From the NCBI GenBank assembly GCA_020351915.1, contig CP070673.1, positions 4,235,882 to 4,299,881 of the forward strand: 64,000 nt of DNA. The letters are read 5' to 3'. Of the stretch, positions 9,648 to 18,707 are shown piece by piece; position 1 is the first letter of the stretch, and each line of letters begins with the position of its first letter. The DNA is from Deltaproteobacteria bacterium (GTDB taxonomy: Bacteria > Desulfobacterota > DSM-4660 > Desulfatiglandales > B25-G16). Made by a program: the position numbers and the translations under genes. The notes under the pieces are model-generated. The model was not told where the DNA came from. It ran no database searches and worked only from the letters and a program-made list of their open reading frames with translations.

Positions 9648-10853
9648 CTACCCCCTATAATCGGTTACCTTTTGCTCAAGTGTTCCTATTAGACCTGCCC
9701 GGAATCGTGGATCTCTGTAAAGTCTCGCATCCGCCTTCATCTCTCTTTCAACAAATTCATGTTCGATAAACTTAGATGGCTCGTAGCTCTCGAAGAGACC
9801 GGTCAAGGCCTCGATTGACTGTGGTGCCAGAGGTCTTCCAACCTTGGCAATCTCCTCCTTTGCCTCTCTTAACGGCTGTCCCCACAGATGAGAATAATTC
9901 TCCGGATTCTTTCTTCTGGCTATCTCCTGAGAGATCTCCTCTTTGGTAGCCAGGGTGCCTCTGTGTTTTTCGTCTACCTTCGGGATCTCTCCTTCTGGGC
10001 ACACTGCAAGTTCCAGTGCCTTCGGAAGTAAAAGGAGCCCAGTCCTCTCATTATGGGCCTCTAACTCTTCCTGATACCGTGCCCTATCAGCCTCTGGATC
10101 ATCGGTTTTCTGCCTCTTTGGAAAGGGGAAAGGTATATCCACAACTATATTGTAGGTTCCGATCTCCTTTAACTGCGTGGCCTTGACCTCCTTTGCTGTC
10201 ATGGCCATATATTCTGCATTGGTAATGCCAGCCTTGATCAATGTTCTGGCTATTCCTGACCAACCGGGAAGCAGACCAATAGTGGCCTCACTAAAACACA
10301 TACCGCTCCGGGAATCCCCCACTAACACATCGGCCATCAAAGGAATCTCTGCTGAACCGCCAAACCGTGTCCCCCCTCCACACACGGCAACTACCCTCAA
10401 ATGGCCGGCAATTTTTCTAATAAGCCCATGCAAGGCAATCCCTTTTTTCAATCGATCATCTGCCCAGTCAAAGAGTTGGTCTATCTCCTCTTCTGAAGCC
10501 CCACTCGCCTCCTTTTCCCTTTTCATCTCGAGGGTCTTATCCAGTCTGGTAAGGCTTTCCTTAAGATCGCCACCAGCATGGACTGGATCATTGGCCCCAC
10601 TAAGGATAAGAAATTCAAGATCATCCCTTTGCTCAAAAACCATATTCAAGCCCTCTAAATAGGCATCCAACCCCGGGTTACCTACCTGATGAACCGGTGG
10701 ATTATGATAACAGAGAACAGCACCGACCGTTCCCTTAAAGGTAACCCAGTCAATCATGAGATATGCCTTGCCCTCCGACCATTCATAAATTGGTCCCATG
10801 TTTTGATATTCCGAGATAGTACCGGATCTTACCAACCCTATTGGCCCTTTCAT
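9648..10853 (-). CDS. Enoyl-CoA hydratase/isomerase (crotonase) superfamily protein, long form
   Basis: Crotonase-like segments are present (FLILSGANDPVHAGGDLKE, VVAVCGGGTRFGGSAEIPLMADV, FSEATIGLLPGWSG). At 401 aa it carries an extra charged C-terminal region. Confidence 0.65.
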   Translation of the reverse strand: MKGPIGLVRSGTISEYQNMGPIYEWSEGKAYLMIDWVTFKGTVGAVLCYHNPPVHQVGNPGLDAYLEGLNMVFEQRDDLEFLILSGANDPVHAGGDLKESLTRLDKTLEMKREKEASGASEEEIDQLFDWADDRLKKGIALHGLIRKIAGHLRVVAVCGGGTRFGGSAEIPLMADVLVGDSRSGMCFSEATIGLLPGWSGIARTLIKAGITNAEYMAMTAKEVKATQLKEIGTYNIVVDIPFPFPKRQKTDDPEADRARYQEELEAHNERTGLLLLPKALELAVCPEGEIPKVDEKHRGTLATKEEISQEIARRKNPENYSHLWGQPLREAKEEIAKVGRPLAPQSIEALTGLFESYEPSKFIEHEFVEREMKADARLYRDPRFRAGLIGTLEQKVTDYRG

Positions 10854-11068
10854 AAGAAACCTCCTTTCAACCGGAATTGGGGATTTGCCGATTTCTTAAA
10901 ATGGTTCCTCTGTACTCCGCATTTCGCTCTCCATAAACCCCATATGAGCCATAAAATGCGCCGACAAGGTTCTAGACACTTGCGGGAGAGCTAACTCGGA
11001 AACCAGTCTCCCGGTTTCTACCGAGTGTTGCTATGCAAAAAAAATGACCGAATATCGGTTCAAGGAGC

Positions 11069-11096
11069 TTGACAAGTTAGTTAATATTTTTATATA
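11069..11096 (+). promoter_or_regulatory. Candidate sigma70-type promoter for the XRE-cupin regulator gene
   Basis: TTGACA at 11069-11074 is followed by a 16-nt spacer and TATATA at 11091-11096. The site lies 88 nt upstream of the ATG at 11184. Confidence 0.4.
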
Positions 11097-11183
11097 CTAA
11101 ATATTAATTAATGTCAAATTTTTATTGAATCATTTCTTTCTCTGAGTAGCACTATTTTAATCCCTGAATAGGAGGCTTCCTCC

Positions 11184-11726
11184 ATGAATCTAGGGTCGTT
11201 GATTCGCAGATATCGCAAAGAAAAGAAACTCACATTGAAGGCAGTAGCAGAAAAAGCGGGAATCTCAGAGGGTTTCCTGAGCCAAGTTGAGAATGACGTA
11301 AATTCACCCTCGGTGGATACGCTCTCTAAAATATGCAGTGCAATTGGAGTTAAGGCCGGTGATCTTTTGAACCAGGCAAGCGACCAAGAAAGACTGGTTT
11401 TGATACGCAATTCCGAGTGGGGCGATATCGATCTCCCACACACAGGGTTTATAACCCGGCGTTTCTTCCCTCCGGAAAATAGAAAGGTTATGGACAGTGC
11501 TATCCTGGTTATTGAACCGGGGAAACTGATTCCGGTGCGGAAAAACATCAAGAACGGGCAGGAGGTATTATGCATACTCAAAGGCTCGTTGGAACTTGTT
11601 CACGGTGAACGCACGATTCATCTGGCCGAGGGAGACACGGTTCATTACTTTGCGGAGCAAAAAAAACAAAGCATTACCAACAAAAACAAAGATCTTGCCA
11701 TCGCGCTCTGGATAGGGACGCTTTAA
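11184..11726 (+). CDS. XRE-family HTH transcriptional regulator with C-terminal cupin domain
   Basis: The HTH_3 motif is LIRRYRKEKKLTLKAVAEKAGISEGFLSQVENDVNSPSVDTL. The C-terminal half is cupin-like (GQEVLCILKGSLELVHGERTIHLAEGDTVHY). AGGAGG lies 8 nt upstream of the ATG. Confidence 0.85.
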   Translation: MNLGSLIRRYRKEKKLTLKAVAEKAGISEGFLSQVENDVNSPSVDTLSKICSAIGVKAGDLLNQASDQERLVLIRNSEWGDIDLPHTGFITRRFFPPENRKVMDSAILVIEPGKLIPVRKNIKNGQEVLCILKGSLELVHGERTIHLAEGDTVHYFAEQKKQSITNKNKDLAIALWIGTL

Positions 11727-11789
11727 TTGTAAGCGTTTCCAAAAACGCATAATACTTACACTTTTTATGCAAAGAGATTGGGCGTCGTC

Positions 11790-12731
11790 ATGAAATTCCT
11801 TCAAGAGATAGGGAAAGATACTCTAAGAGCCTTAATTATCCGTCCAAGCGCCCTGGGTGACACCCTCTTACTAATCCCAGCCCTTCATCACATAGCTGAA
11901 AGGGTAGCGGTAACTCTATTGGGGAGAAAGCCGGGGATTGATTTTGTTAGACCTTTTGTAACGCACTGCCTTGACTACGAAAAAGGGGGTTGGTACACCC
12001 TATTTTCAGAAGAGGCGAATTGTGAGGACCTCCCCCTCCCTGAGGTAGACACGGTGGTCTCCTTTCTCAGTGACCCTTCACGGAAAGTAACAAAACGATT
12101 AGAGGCCTGTCTAAAAAATATCCCGGTATTTACCTATCCACCCTTTCCACCAAAGCAAGAAGATATCCATGTTGCTGTATATTTGGCATCATGCCTCAAA
12201 GAGGCTGGATTGCCTGTTGATCCGGAGGCGGCAATTGAAGAGGCCCGAAAAAAAAGCTTGTTTGAAAAGAACAAAACACCCCGATCGCAAGGCATGATTG
12301 TGTTCCATCCAGGTTCAGGAAGCGAAAAAAAGAATTGCCCCCCTGAGTTTTGGATTGAGCTGATAAAAAACAAAGATCTCGGAATATTTCAAAGGAAGGT
12401 CTTGCTTTTAGGACCGGCAGAGGAGGAATGGCATAAACTGCTTGCCAAAGAGCTCATTGGGTTAGCAGTAGAGATGGTCATATCTCCTGATCAGCACATG
12501 CTCCTATCCTTGCTCAAAGATGCCTCCCTCTACGTTGGGCACGACAGCGGCATAACTCATTTGGCAGGACTGCTTGGAACATCAACCATAGCCCTTTTCA
12601 AAAACACTAACCCCTTTCAATGGACCCCCCTGGGGCCAGATGTTACGGTCGTCTGTGATGTAAAATCTCCTCAGGTTATCCATAGGAAGATTAAGGAAAG
12701 AGTGGCAAATGGCAAAAAAGTTTTGCCTTGA
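11790..12731 (+). CDS. Glycosyltransferase family 9 (heptosyltransferase-like) protein
   Basis: ALIIRPSALGDTLLLIPALHHI and GHDSGITHLAGLLGTSTIALF are GT9 hallmarks. I moved the start from the TTG at 11778 to the in-frame ATG at 11790 (MKFLQE). Confidence 0.7.
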   Translation: MKFLQEIGKDTLRALIIRPSALGDTLLLIPALHHIAERVAVTLLGRKPGIDFVRPFVTHCLDYEKGGWYTLFSEEANCEDLPLPEVDTVVSFLSDPSRKVTKRLEACLKNIPVFTYPPFPPKQEDIHVAVYLASCLKEAGLPVDPEAAIEEARKKSLFEKNKTPRSQGMIVFHPGSGSEKKNCPPEFWIELIKNKDLGIFQRKVLLLGPAEEEWHKLLAKELIGLAVEMVISPDQHMLLSLLKDASLYVGHDSGITHLAGLLGTSTIALFKNTNPFQWTPLGPDVTVVCDVKSPQVIHRKIKERVANGKKVLP

Positions 12732-12814
12732 CTGATGTTTAGGGCTTCAGTATCCTTCCGAGAAGACTCCTGTCAGTCACTATTCACAGATAATGTAAAA
12801 ACAGAGGGGAAAAT

Positions 12815-13966
12815 ATGGATTTTTCATTATCGATGGAACATGAGATATTGAGGAAATCTGTACGGGATTTTTCTGAAAAAGAGATAAAGCCCGTAGCCAG
12901 GGAACTGGATGAGAAAGAGGAATTCTCCTATGATACTATGCGGGCCATGGCTGGGCTGGGACTTTTTGGTATGTTCGTATCTGAAGAATACGAAGGTCAG
13001 GGAATGGATTATGTCTCCTACATCATTGCTACCGAAGAAATCGCTCGTGTTGACGGATCCCATGCTGCCACCATTGCTGCTGGTAATTCTCTGGGTACTG
13101 GGCCTATCTATTATTACGGAAATGAGGAACAAAAAAGGAAATACCTCCCAGAGGCATGCAGGGGCGAGACCCTTTGGGCCTTTGGCTTGACTGAGCCAAA
13201 TGCCGGATCCGATGCTGGAAATGCACAGACAACTGCTGTTCTTGACGGAAACGAATGGGTAATAAATGGAAGCAAGATCTTTATTACCAATGGGGCAACC
13301 GATATCACCGCTGGTACGGTATCACTGTGCAGAACAGGGACACGAAAAGATGGCAAGCCAGAACTAACCTGTATCGTAGTAGAGAAAGGAACCCCTGGCT
13401 TTGAGGCAAGGGAGATGCACGGTAAGCTGATGTGGCGGGCATCCAATACCAGTGAGCTCTATTTCGATGACTGCAGGGTACCAAAAGAAAACCTTCTGGG
13501 CCCTATCGGGGATGGTTTTCATCAGATGCTTTCAACCCTGGATGGGGGAAGGCTTTCCATAGCTGCTATGGGTTTAGGGGGGGCACAGGGTGCCTTTGAA
13601 ATGGGCATGAAATATGCCAAGGAGAGGGTTCAGTTTGGCAGGCCAATATCAACATTTCAGGTGAATGCCTTTAAACTAGCCGATATGGCCACAGAGATAG
13701 AGTGTGCGAGACTGCTCCTGTATAAGGCTTGCTGGTTGAGAGATAATGAGAAGCCATTTGCAAAATATGCTGCCATGGCCAAATTATATTGCTCAGAGGT
13801 CATGGGCATGTGTGTTGACCATGCTGTCCAACTCCACGGCGGCTACGGCTTGATGAAAGAATACGATATTGAGAGATTCTATCGGGATCATAAGCTCCTG
13901 GAAATTGGCGAGGGAACCAGTGAGGTTCAACGGATTGTGATCTCTCGACTCATTGATGTGGTTTAG
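12815..13966 (+). CDS. Acyl-CoA dehydrogenase (short/branched-chain type)
   Basis: The protein is a full-length ACAD of 383 aa. Supporting motifs are GLTEPNAGSDAG, KIFITNG, DGGRLSIAA, QFGRPI, the C-terminal YRDHKLLEIGEGTSEVQR and a catalytic-region Glu. Confidence 0.9.
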   Translation: MDFSLSMEHEILRKSVRDFSEKEIKPVARELDEKEEFSYDTMRAMAGLGLFGMFVSEEYEGQGMDYVSYIIATEEIARVDGSHAATIAAGNSLGTGPIYYYGNEEQKRKYLPEACRGETLWAFGLTEPNAGSDAGNAQTTAVLDGNEWVINGSKIFITNGATDITAGTVSLCRTGTRKDGKPELTCIVVEKGTPGFEAREMHGKLMWRASNTSELYFDDCRVPKENLLGPIGDGFHQMLSTLDGGRLSIAAMGLGGAQGAFEMGMKYAKERVQFGRPISTFQVNAFKLADMATEIECARLLLYKACWLRDNEKPFAKYAAMAKLYCSEVMGMCVDHAVQLHGGYGLMKEYDIERFYRDHKLLEIGEGTSEVQRIVISRLIDVV

Positions 13967-15785
13967 TTTCATGTTTGACAAGATTTTTGGTCATGATATT
14001 GCTCCCTATATTAGGGGGTACCGTGTCCTGATAGTAGTGGCAGTTGTCCTGGGTGCTCTATCAGCCCTGTTTGTCGTTGTACCTGCGTACCTGCTTCAAC
14101 CGCTCGTTGATGAAGGAATGAAAACCGCAAGTGAGCCTGTCGAATGGAAGATTCCCTGGTTACAACTCAGCTTTCCCTTCTCAATCAAGAAAACGGAGCT
14201 GACCCTAATAACAGGCATTACCCCCAATCACTTGCTCATACTTCTTGGTGCTATTGCATTCCTTTCGGTGCTCTTTAAATCGATTACCATTTACTTCAGT
14301 GAACTTGCCGGAGCAGCCTTCTCAAACAGGGCCGTTAGAACACTGCGGATTGATCTGGCCAATAAGTTCATCTCCCTTCCATTAACATTTTATCATAAAC
14401 GCAAGAGTGGCGAGCTTCTTGCGAGGGCTACAGCAGACCTGACTGTAATGCAGGGGTTTATAAGCAATATTACCATTGGCCTCGTGCAGCAACCCTTAAC
14501 ACTCTTGGTGTTCGTTGGCTATCTGCTTTTGATGAATTTCAAACTCACCCTGTTGATTTTCACTATTACGCCCATCATTGTCGTACTGGTCAGGCTTTTT
14601 GGCCGTAAGGTCAAGAAACACTCTACCAGGGTCCAAGACGCCACAGCCGAGGTAACATCAAGCTACCAGGAAATTATCTTGTTACTCAAGGTGATCAAGG
14701 GATTCTGTAGGGGAGAATATGAATCCGGTATGTTTACAAAGCATGCAAACAACCTCTACAAAAAGGTTATGCACTGGAACAGGTGGCAGCTCGGTATTGG
14801 GCCCATGATGGATTCAACGGTATTCCTTGTCATCCCCGGCATCTTCATAATCGGAAAGATCTATTTCGATCATACCTTAGGAGAACTGGTGGCCATGCTT
14901 TATGCATTCGCCAAAGCCTACGCCCCTGTCAAAGAGTTGGCCAGAATAAATGTAAATTTGAAGACCCTTCAGGGTGCGACCAGAAGGGTCTTCGACATAA
15001 TGCGCACCATCCCAGATATACAAGATAGACCCGAAGCCCAGAACATGCCGAGATTACAAAGTGCGGTAGAGTTTCTTCATGTGGATTTCTGTTACAAACC
15101 TGGGGAATCAGTCTTGAGTGATGTCTCCTTTAACGTTAAGGTAGGGGAGATGGTGGCCTTCGTCGGTTCCACCGGTGCAGGCAAGAGTACCCTCTTGGAT
15201 CTCATTCCCCGTTTCTACGACGTATCCTCGGGCTCGATACGTATAGATGGGACGGATATCAGAGATGTAACGCTGGAGTCCCTAAGAGGTCAGATTGCCA
15301 TTGTAAGCCAAGAGAGCCTACTTTTTCACGATACGATAGCGAGTAATATCAATTATGATGGAGGTCACTCTACACTGGAACAGATTCAGAATGCAGCTAT
15401 CGTTGCACAAGCTCATGATTTTATCATGGCCTTTCCTCATGGATATGAGACAGTTGTTGGAGATAGAGGAACACTGCTCTCTGGTGGACAGAGACAGCGA
15501 ATTGCCATAGCCCGGGCTCTTCTCAAAGACCCAGCTATTTTGATTTTGGATGAACCAGCCTCAGCCCTCGATCCAGAAAGTGAGCATCTTGTCCAGAAGG
15601 CCATTGAGAACCTCCTTGGTCAAAGGACTATCTTTGTTGTTTCTCACCGGCTGAATACCATCAAAACGGCCGATCGAATCTATGTGCTTGAGCATGGTGC
15701 CATTGTTGAGTCAGGAACACATAATGAACTCATGGCAAGAAATGGTAGATATAGAGACCTCTATAATATCCAATTTCAGCACTAA
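13953..15785 (+). CDS. ABC exporter, fused permease/ATPase (MsbA-like)
   Basis: A six-TM type-I exporter domain is followed by Walker A (GSTGAGKST), the signature LSGGQRQR and Walker B (ILILDEPAS). The start is uncertain (TTG 13953, ATG 13956 or ATG 13971). It overlaps or abuts the ACAD stop codon. Confidence 0.85.
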   Translation: MMWFSFMFDKIFGHDIAPYIRGYRVLIVVAVVLGALSALFVVVPAYLLQPLVDEGMKTASEPVEWKIPWLQLSFPFSIKKTELTLITGITPNHLLILLGAIAFLSVLFKSITIYFSELAGAAFSNRAVRTLRIDLANKFISLPLTFYHKRKSGELLARATADLTVMQGFISNITIGLVQQPLTLLVFVGYLLLMNFKLTLLIFTITPIIVVLVRLFGRKVKKHSTRVQDATAEVTSSYQEIILLLKVIKGFCRGEYESGMFTKHANNLYKKVMHWNRWQLGIGPMMDSTVFLVIPGIFIIGKIYFDHTLGELVAMLYAFAKAYAPVKELARINVNLKTLQGATRRVFDIMRTIPDIQDRPEAQNMPRLQSAVEFLHVDFCYKPGESVLSDVSFNVKVGEMVAFVGSTGAGKSTLLDLIPRFYDVSSGSIRIDGTDIRDVTLESLRGQIAIVSQESLLFHDTIASNINYDGGHSTLEQIQNAAIVAQAHDFIMAFPHGYETVVGDRGTLLSGGQRQRIAIARALLKDPAILILDEPASALDPESEHLVQKAIENLLGQRTIFVVSHRLNTIKTADRIYVLEHGAIVESGTHNELMARNGRYRDLYNIQFQH

Positions 15786-15834
15786 TGCCTCATAGTGTCT
15801 GACGGCCTTTTGCAGGCTCCGAGGATCGGTATTT

Positions 15835-16578
15835 CTATCTCTCGCCCCTCAGACCTTCCTTTATGCTCAGGTAGGTGTCCTTAATCCAGCGCGATACCTT
15901 CTCAACGACTGTTCTGTTGAAGTACTTTCTGTCTTGGTCGGCCATATCTTCATACTTGCCGTCATATTTCAACTTTACCCAGGCGTTGAAATCAAATTTA
16001 CTTGCAAGATTATAGATATAGCGATTTAGAGGCGCAAAACCCGATCTCCTGATGACAGCCACACCAAAGTCGATAACACAAGGCGTGTGTCCTTCTACGA
16101 CTAGAAGATTGTCCTTTTTCTTGAGGTCAGTATGTGCAACACCAGCCTTGTGCAGCTCTTTGATCAAGTTCAAGAGGGCCTTGAAGAACACGTCACGATC
16201 GGTAATCCGAGCACTCCGGACTGGCACCCCGTCGATGAATTCGAGTACGAGGTAGCACCCATCGACAAGGCCGTAACAACGGGGTACGCCAGCTACTCCA
16301 GATAGTCTGGAGTAAACCCTGTACTCATTGCGCAACATGGCCCGGCGGAGGAGTCTGCCTAATCCCCACCCCATAGGAGCCTTAATGATTAGACGCCGAT
16401 CTTTGTCTTCATACAGATACACATAACCCTGATAACCACGTCGAAAAATGTTCGATCTGGTTTTAATGCTCCCCCTGACCCACTGAACAAGCTCTCTTTC
16501 AGTAAGGTTATCTATATCTCTCAACATCGGTTCCACTGGGGGGTTCAATGTAGACCCAAGGAAAGGAAGTACAGCCAA
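15835..16578 (-). CDS. Protein-kinase-fold protein (lipopolysaccharide kinase / RIO-like family)
   Basis: The catalytic loop is GVAHTDLKKKDNLLV and the metal-binding motif is IDFG. The protein is short (247 aa) with no regulatory domains. The start is uncertain (TTG 16578 or ATG 16527). Confidence 0.55.
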   Translation of the reverse strand: MAVLPFLGSTLNPPVEPMLRDIDNLTERELVQWVRGSIKTRSNIFRRGYQGYVYLYEDKDRRLIIKAPMGWGLGRLLRRAMLRNEYRVYSRLSGVAGVPRCYGLVDGCYLVLEFIDGVPVRSARITDRDVFFKALLNLIKELHKAGVAHTDLKKKDNLLVVEGHTPCVIDFGVAVIRRSGFAPLNRYIYNLASKFDFNAWVKLKYDGKYEDMADQDRKYFNRTVVEKVSRWIKDTYLSIKEGLRGER

Positions 16579-17117
16579 AACAGGAGAAACAGGGCAATAA
16601 TGGGCTCGCCGTTATGCCGCAAGCTTTGCATGAACGACCACCTTCCCCTTTGTCCAGGCCGATAAGGGGTAAGGCGTGGAATGAGCGCCCGTGTTCTTTT
16701 GCGCCATTGCTCCCAGTCCTCTTTAAACATGCGATGAAGATTTTCATCTTCTTGGTGGATGGCATGAGGATAAAAAGCAAACAAGATAAATATAAACAAG
16801 GGGAGGCTCCACCATAAGCCGGAGGCAAGGGCAAAACCAAATCCCAACGTCAGATTGCCCACATAGGTAGGATGCCTGACATAGGCATAAGGCCCATCGG
16901 TGGCAAGGGCCTTGTTCTTTTTAATATGTCCTGAGGCCCACAGTCGAACTGCAATACCCAGGAAAACCAGCACTCCACCAAAAAAAAACAACAGTTCCTT
17001 TGGTTCACCTGCAACACTGACCAGGATTACAAAGGAGATACCAATGAATTGGCGGAAGCGTTCCCGATGGTATCTAATATCGTGAAGGAATCGTTGCAAC
17101 CCGAAAGCTATTGCCAT
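16545..17117 (-). CDS. Isoprenylcysteine carboxyl methyltransferase (ICMT/PEMT) family membrane protein
   Basis: The protein is polytopic and carries GPYAYVRHPTYVGNLTLGFG, the family motif. It lies immediately upstream of, or overlapping, the kinase-like gene. Confidence 0.7.
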   Translation of the reverse strand: MAIAFGLQRFLHDIRYHRERFRQFIGISFVILVSVAGEPKELLFFFGGVLVFLGIAVRLWASGHIKKNKALATDGPYAYVRHPTYVGNLTLGFGFALASGLWWSLPLFIFILFAFYPHAIHQEDENLHRMFKEDWEQWRKRTRALIPRLTPYRPGQRGRWSFMQSLRHNGEPIIALFLLFWLYFLSLGLH

Positions 17118-17306
17118 TGATTTAGTTCCCTTGGACCAACTTTATGCGTACAATTCTCCTGGTCTCGGCGGAGTTGTAACGCGTATCGATTTACCTGTTA
17201 GCCAGAAAAACTTCCTTTTCAGAAAGGCCAATATAGGATAGAGTCCACCGTGTGTCAAGTGAACCTAGGTCGACTCGGTCGACCTCGGCACGGATAGCCT
17301 TATTCT

Positions 17307-18464
17307 ATGAATAATTTCCCTATAGATTTCGACCAAGCAGTAAAGGCCACTTTTCTTGAACGGCCAAACAGGTTCCTTGTGAGATGCATTGCTGACGGAC
17401 TGGGGATAATTGATGCCCATCTTCCCAATCCGGGAAGGCTCTGGGAACTCCTCTTACCTGGTGCGAGCCTCTATCTCTCATCACATGCTGGTTCAAATAG
17501 GGCCCAACCGGTAAAGAGAAAAACGAGCTACACGGTGCTTGCTGTGCAAAGGAAGGGATTCCCCATTTTCCTCCATACCCATCTTACCAATCAGGTTGCC
17601 CGGTATCTCATAGAAAGGAAATCAATTCCGTCCCTAGAGAACGCGGAGGTAGTAAGAAAAGAAATTTCTCAAGGTAGGAGCCGATTCGACTTCCTCTTGA
17701 AGGAAAACGGAACCGATCTCTATTTAGAGGTAAAATCCTGTACGCTCTTTGGAGATGGTGTGACAATGTTTCCCGATGCGGTAACAGAGAGAGGGAAAAG
17801 GCACCTCCTTGAACTCGCTGAGATGGGGAGAAATGGAATCAGGGCGATGGTCCTGTTCATTGTCCATTATCCTCATGTAAAATGGTTCATGCCTGACTTT
17901 CACACGGACTATGAGTTCAGTGCAACCTTGCTCAAGGTCCGGCATGATCTGAGGATTCTGCCGGTGGCAATAGAATGGAAGTCCGATCTGAGTATCGGTG
18001 AAGAAGTCAAACCTGTTGAGATTCCCTGGGGATATCTAAAGGGAGAGATACAGGACCGGGGGAGCTATTTACTCGTATTACGATTAGACCGGCAAAAGCT
18101 CTTAAAGATCGGTCGATTGGATACAATCATGCTTAAAAAGGGCTACTATATCTATGTTGGATCTGCAATGAGTAACCTGACGGCACGAATCAAAAGACAC
18201 AGAAGAACAAGAAAAAAAGAGCACTGGCACATCGACTACCTCACCCAGGCTGCTGATGGATTCCTGTCCCTTCCGATCAGGTCTTCTCGCAGAGAGGAAT
18301 GTGAGATTGCCGATTCCCTTTCCTCGATTCTGGCCAGTGGGCCTTCTGGGTTTGGATCGTCAGATTGTGACTGTCAAACCCATCTCTTCTGGAGCGAGAA
18401 GAATCCTCTCCACCTAGAAGCCTTTCATGATGTGGTGGAAAAATTCAGGATGAAACATCCCTGA
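17307..18464 (+). CDS. sfsA: SfsA (sugar fermentation stimulation protein A-like nuclease fold) fused to a DUF123 / GIY-YIG-like domain
   Basis: Residues 1 to about 235 are SfsA-like (FLERPNRFLV, AHLPNPGRL, LEVKSCTL, FPDAVTERGKRHL). Residues from about 270 to 385 are DUF123-like (GYYIYVGSAMSNLTARIKRH, HWHIDYL, ECEIA, GFGSSDCDCQTHLF). Confidence 0.75.
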   Translation: MNNFPIDFDQAVKATFLERPNRFLVRCIADGLGIIDAHLPNPGRLWELLLPGASLYLSSHAGSNRAQPVKRKTSYTVLAVQRKGFPIFLHTHLTNQVARYLIERKSIPSLENAEVVRKEISQGRSRFDFLLKENGTDLYLEVKSCTLFGDGVTMFPDAVTERGKRHLLELAEMGRNGIRAMVLFIVHYPHVKWFMPDFHTDYEFSATLLKVRHDLRILPVAIEWKSDLSIGEEVKPVEIPWGYLKGEIQDRGSYLLVLRLDRQKLLKIGRLDTIMLKKGYYIYVGSAMSNLTARIKRHRRTRKKEHWHIDYLTQAADGFLSLPIRSSRREECEIADSLSSILASGPSGFGSSDCDCQTHLFWSEKNPLHLEAFHDVVEKFRMKHP

Positions 18465-18707
18465 AACAATACCTCAGAGAAAAGCATAATTTTTCAAACA
18501 ACCGTACTCTGTGTCTGCTGCCGGGTAACAATATGCGGTCAAGAATAACGGAGAAAAACCGGGTAGTGTTTTGATTAGCAAAGGGAGTCTATAAATACTT
18601 CAAAGTATAGACAAGTTAACCGCTAATTTTGGTGTGAAACAATAGAATACAATATGCCGGGCCAGCGGCTGGAAGGGGGCTTATTTTACACTAGGTCTTA
18701 ACTCTAA

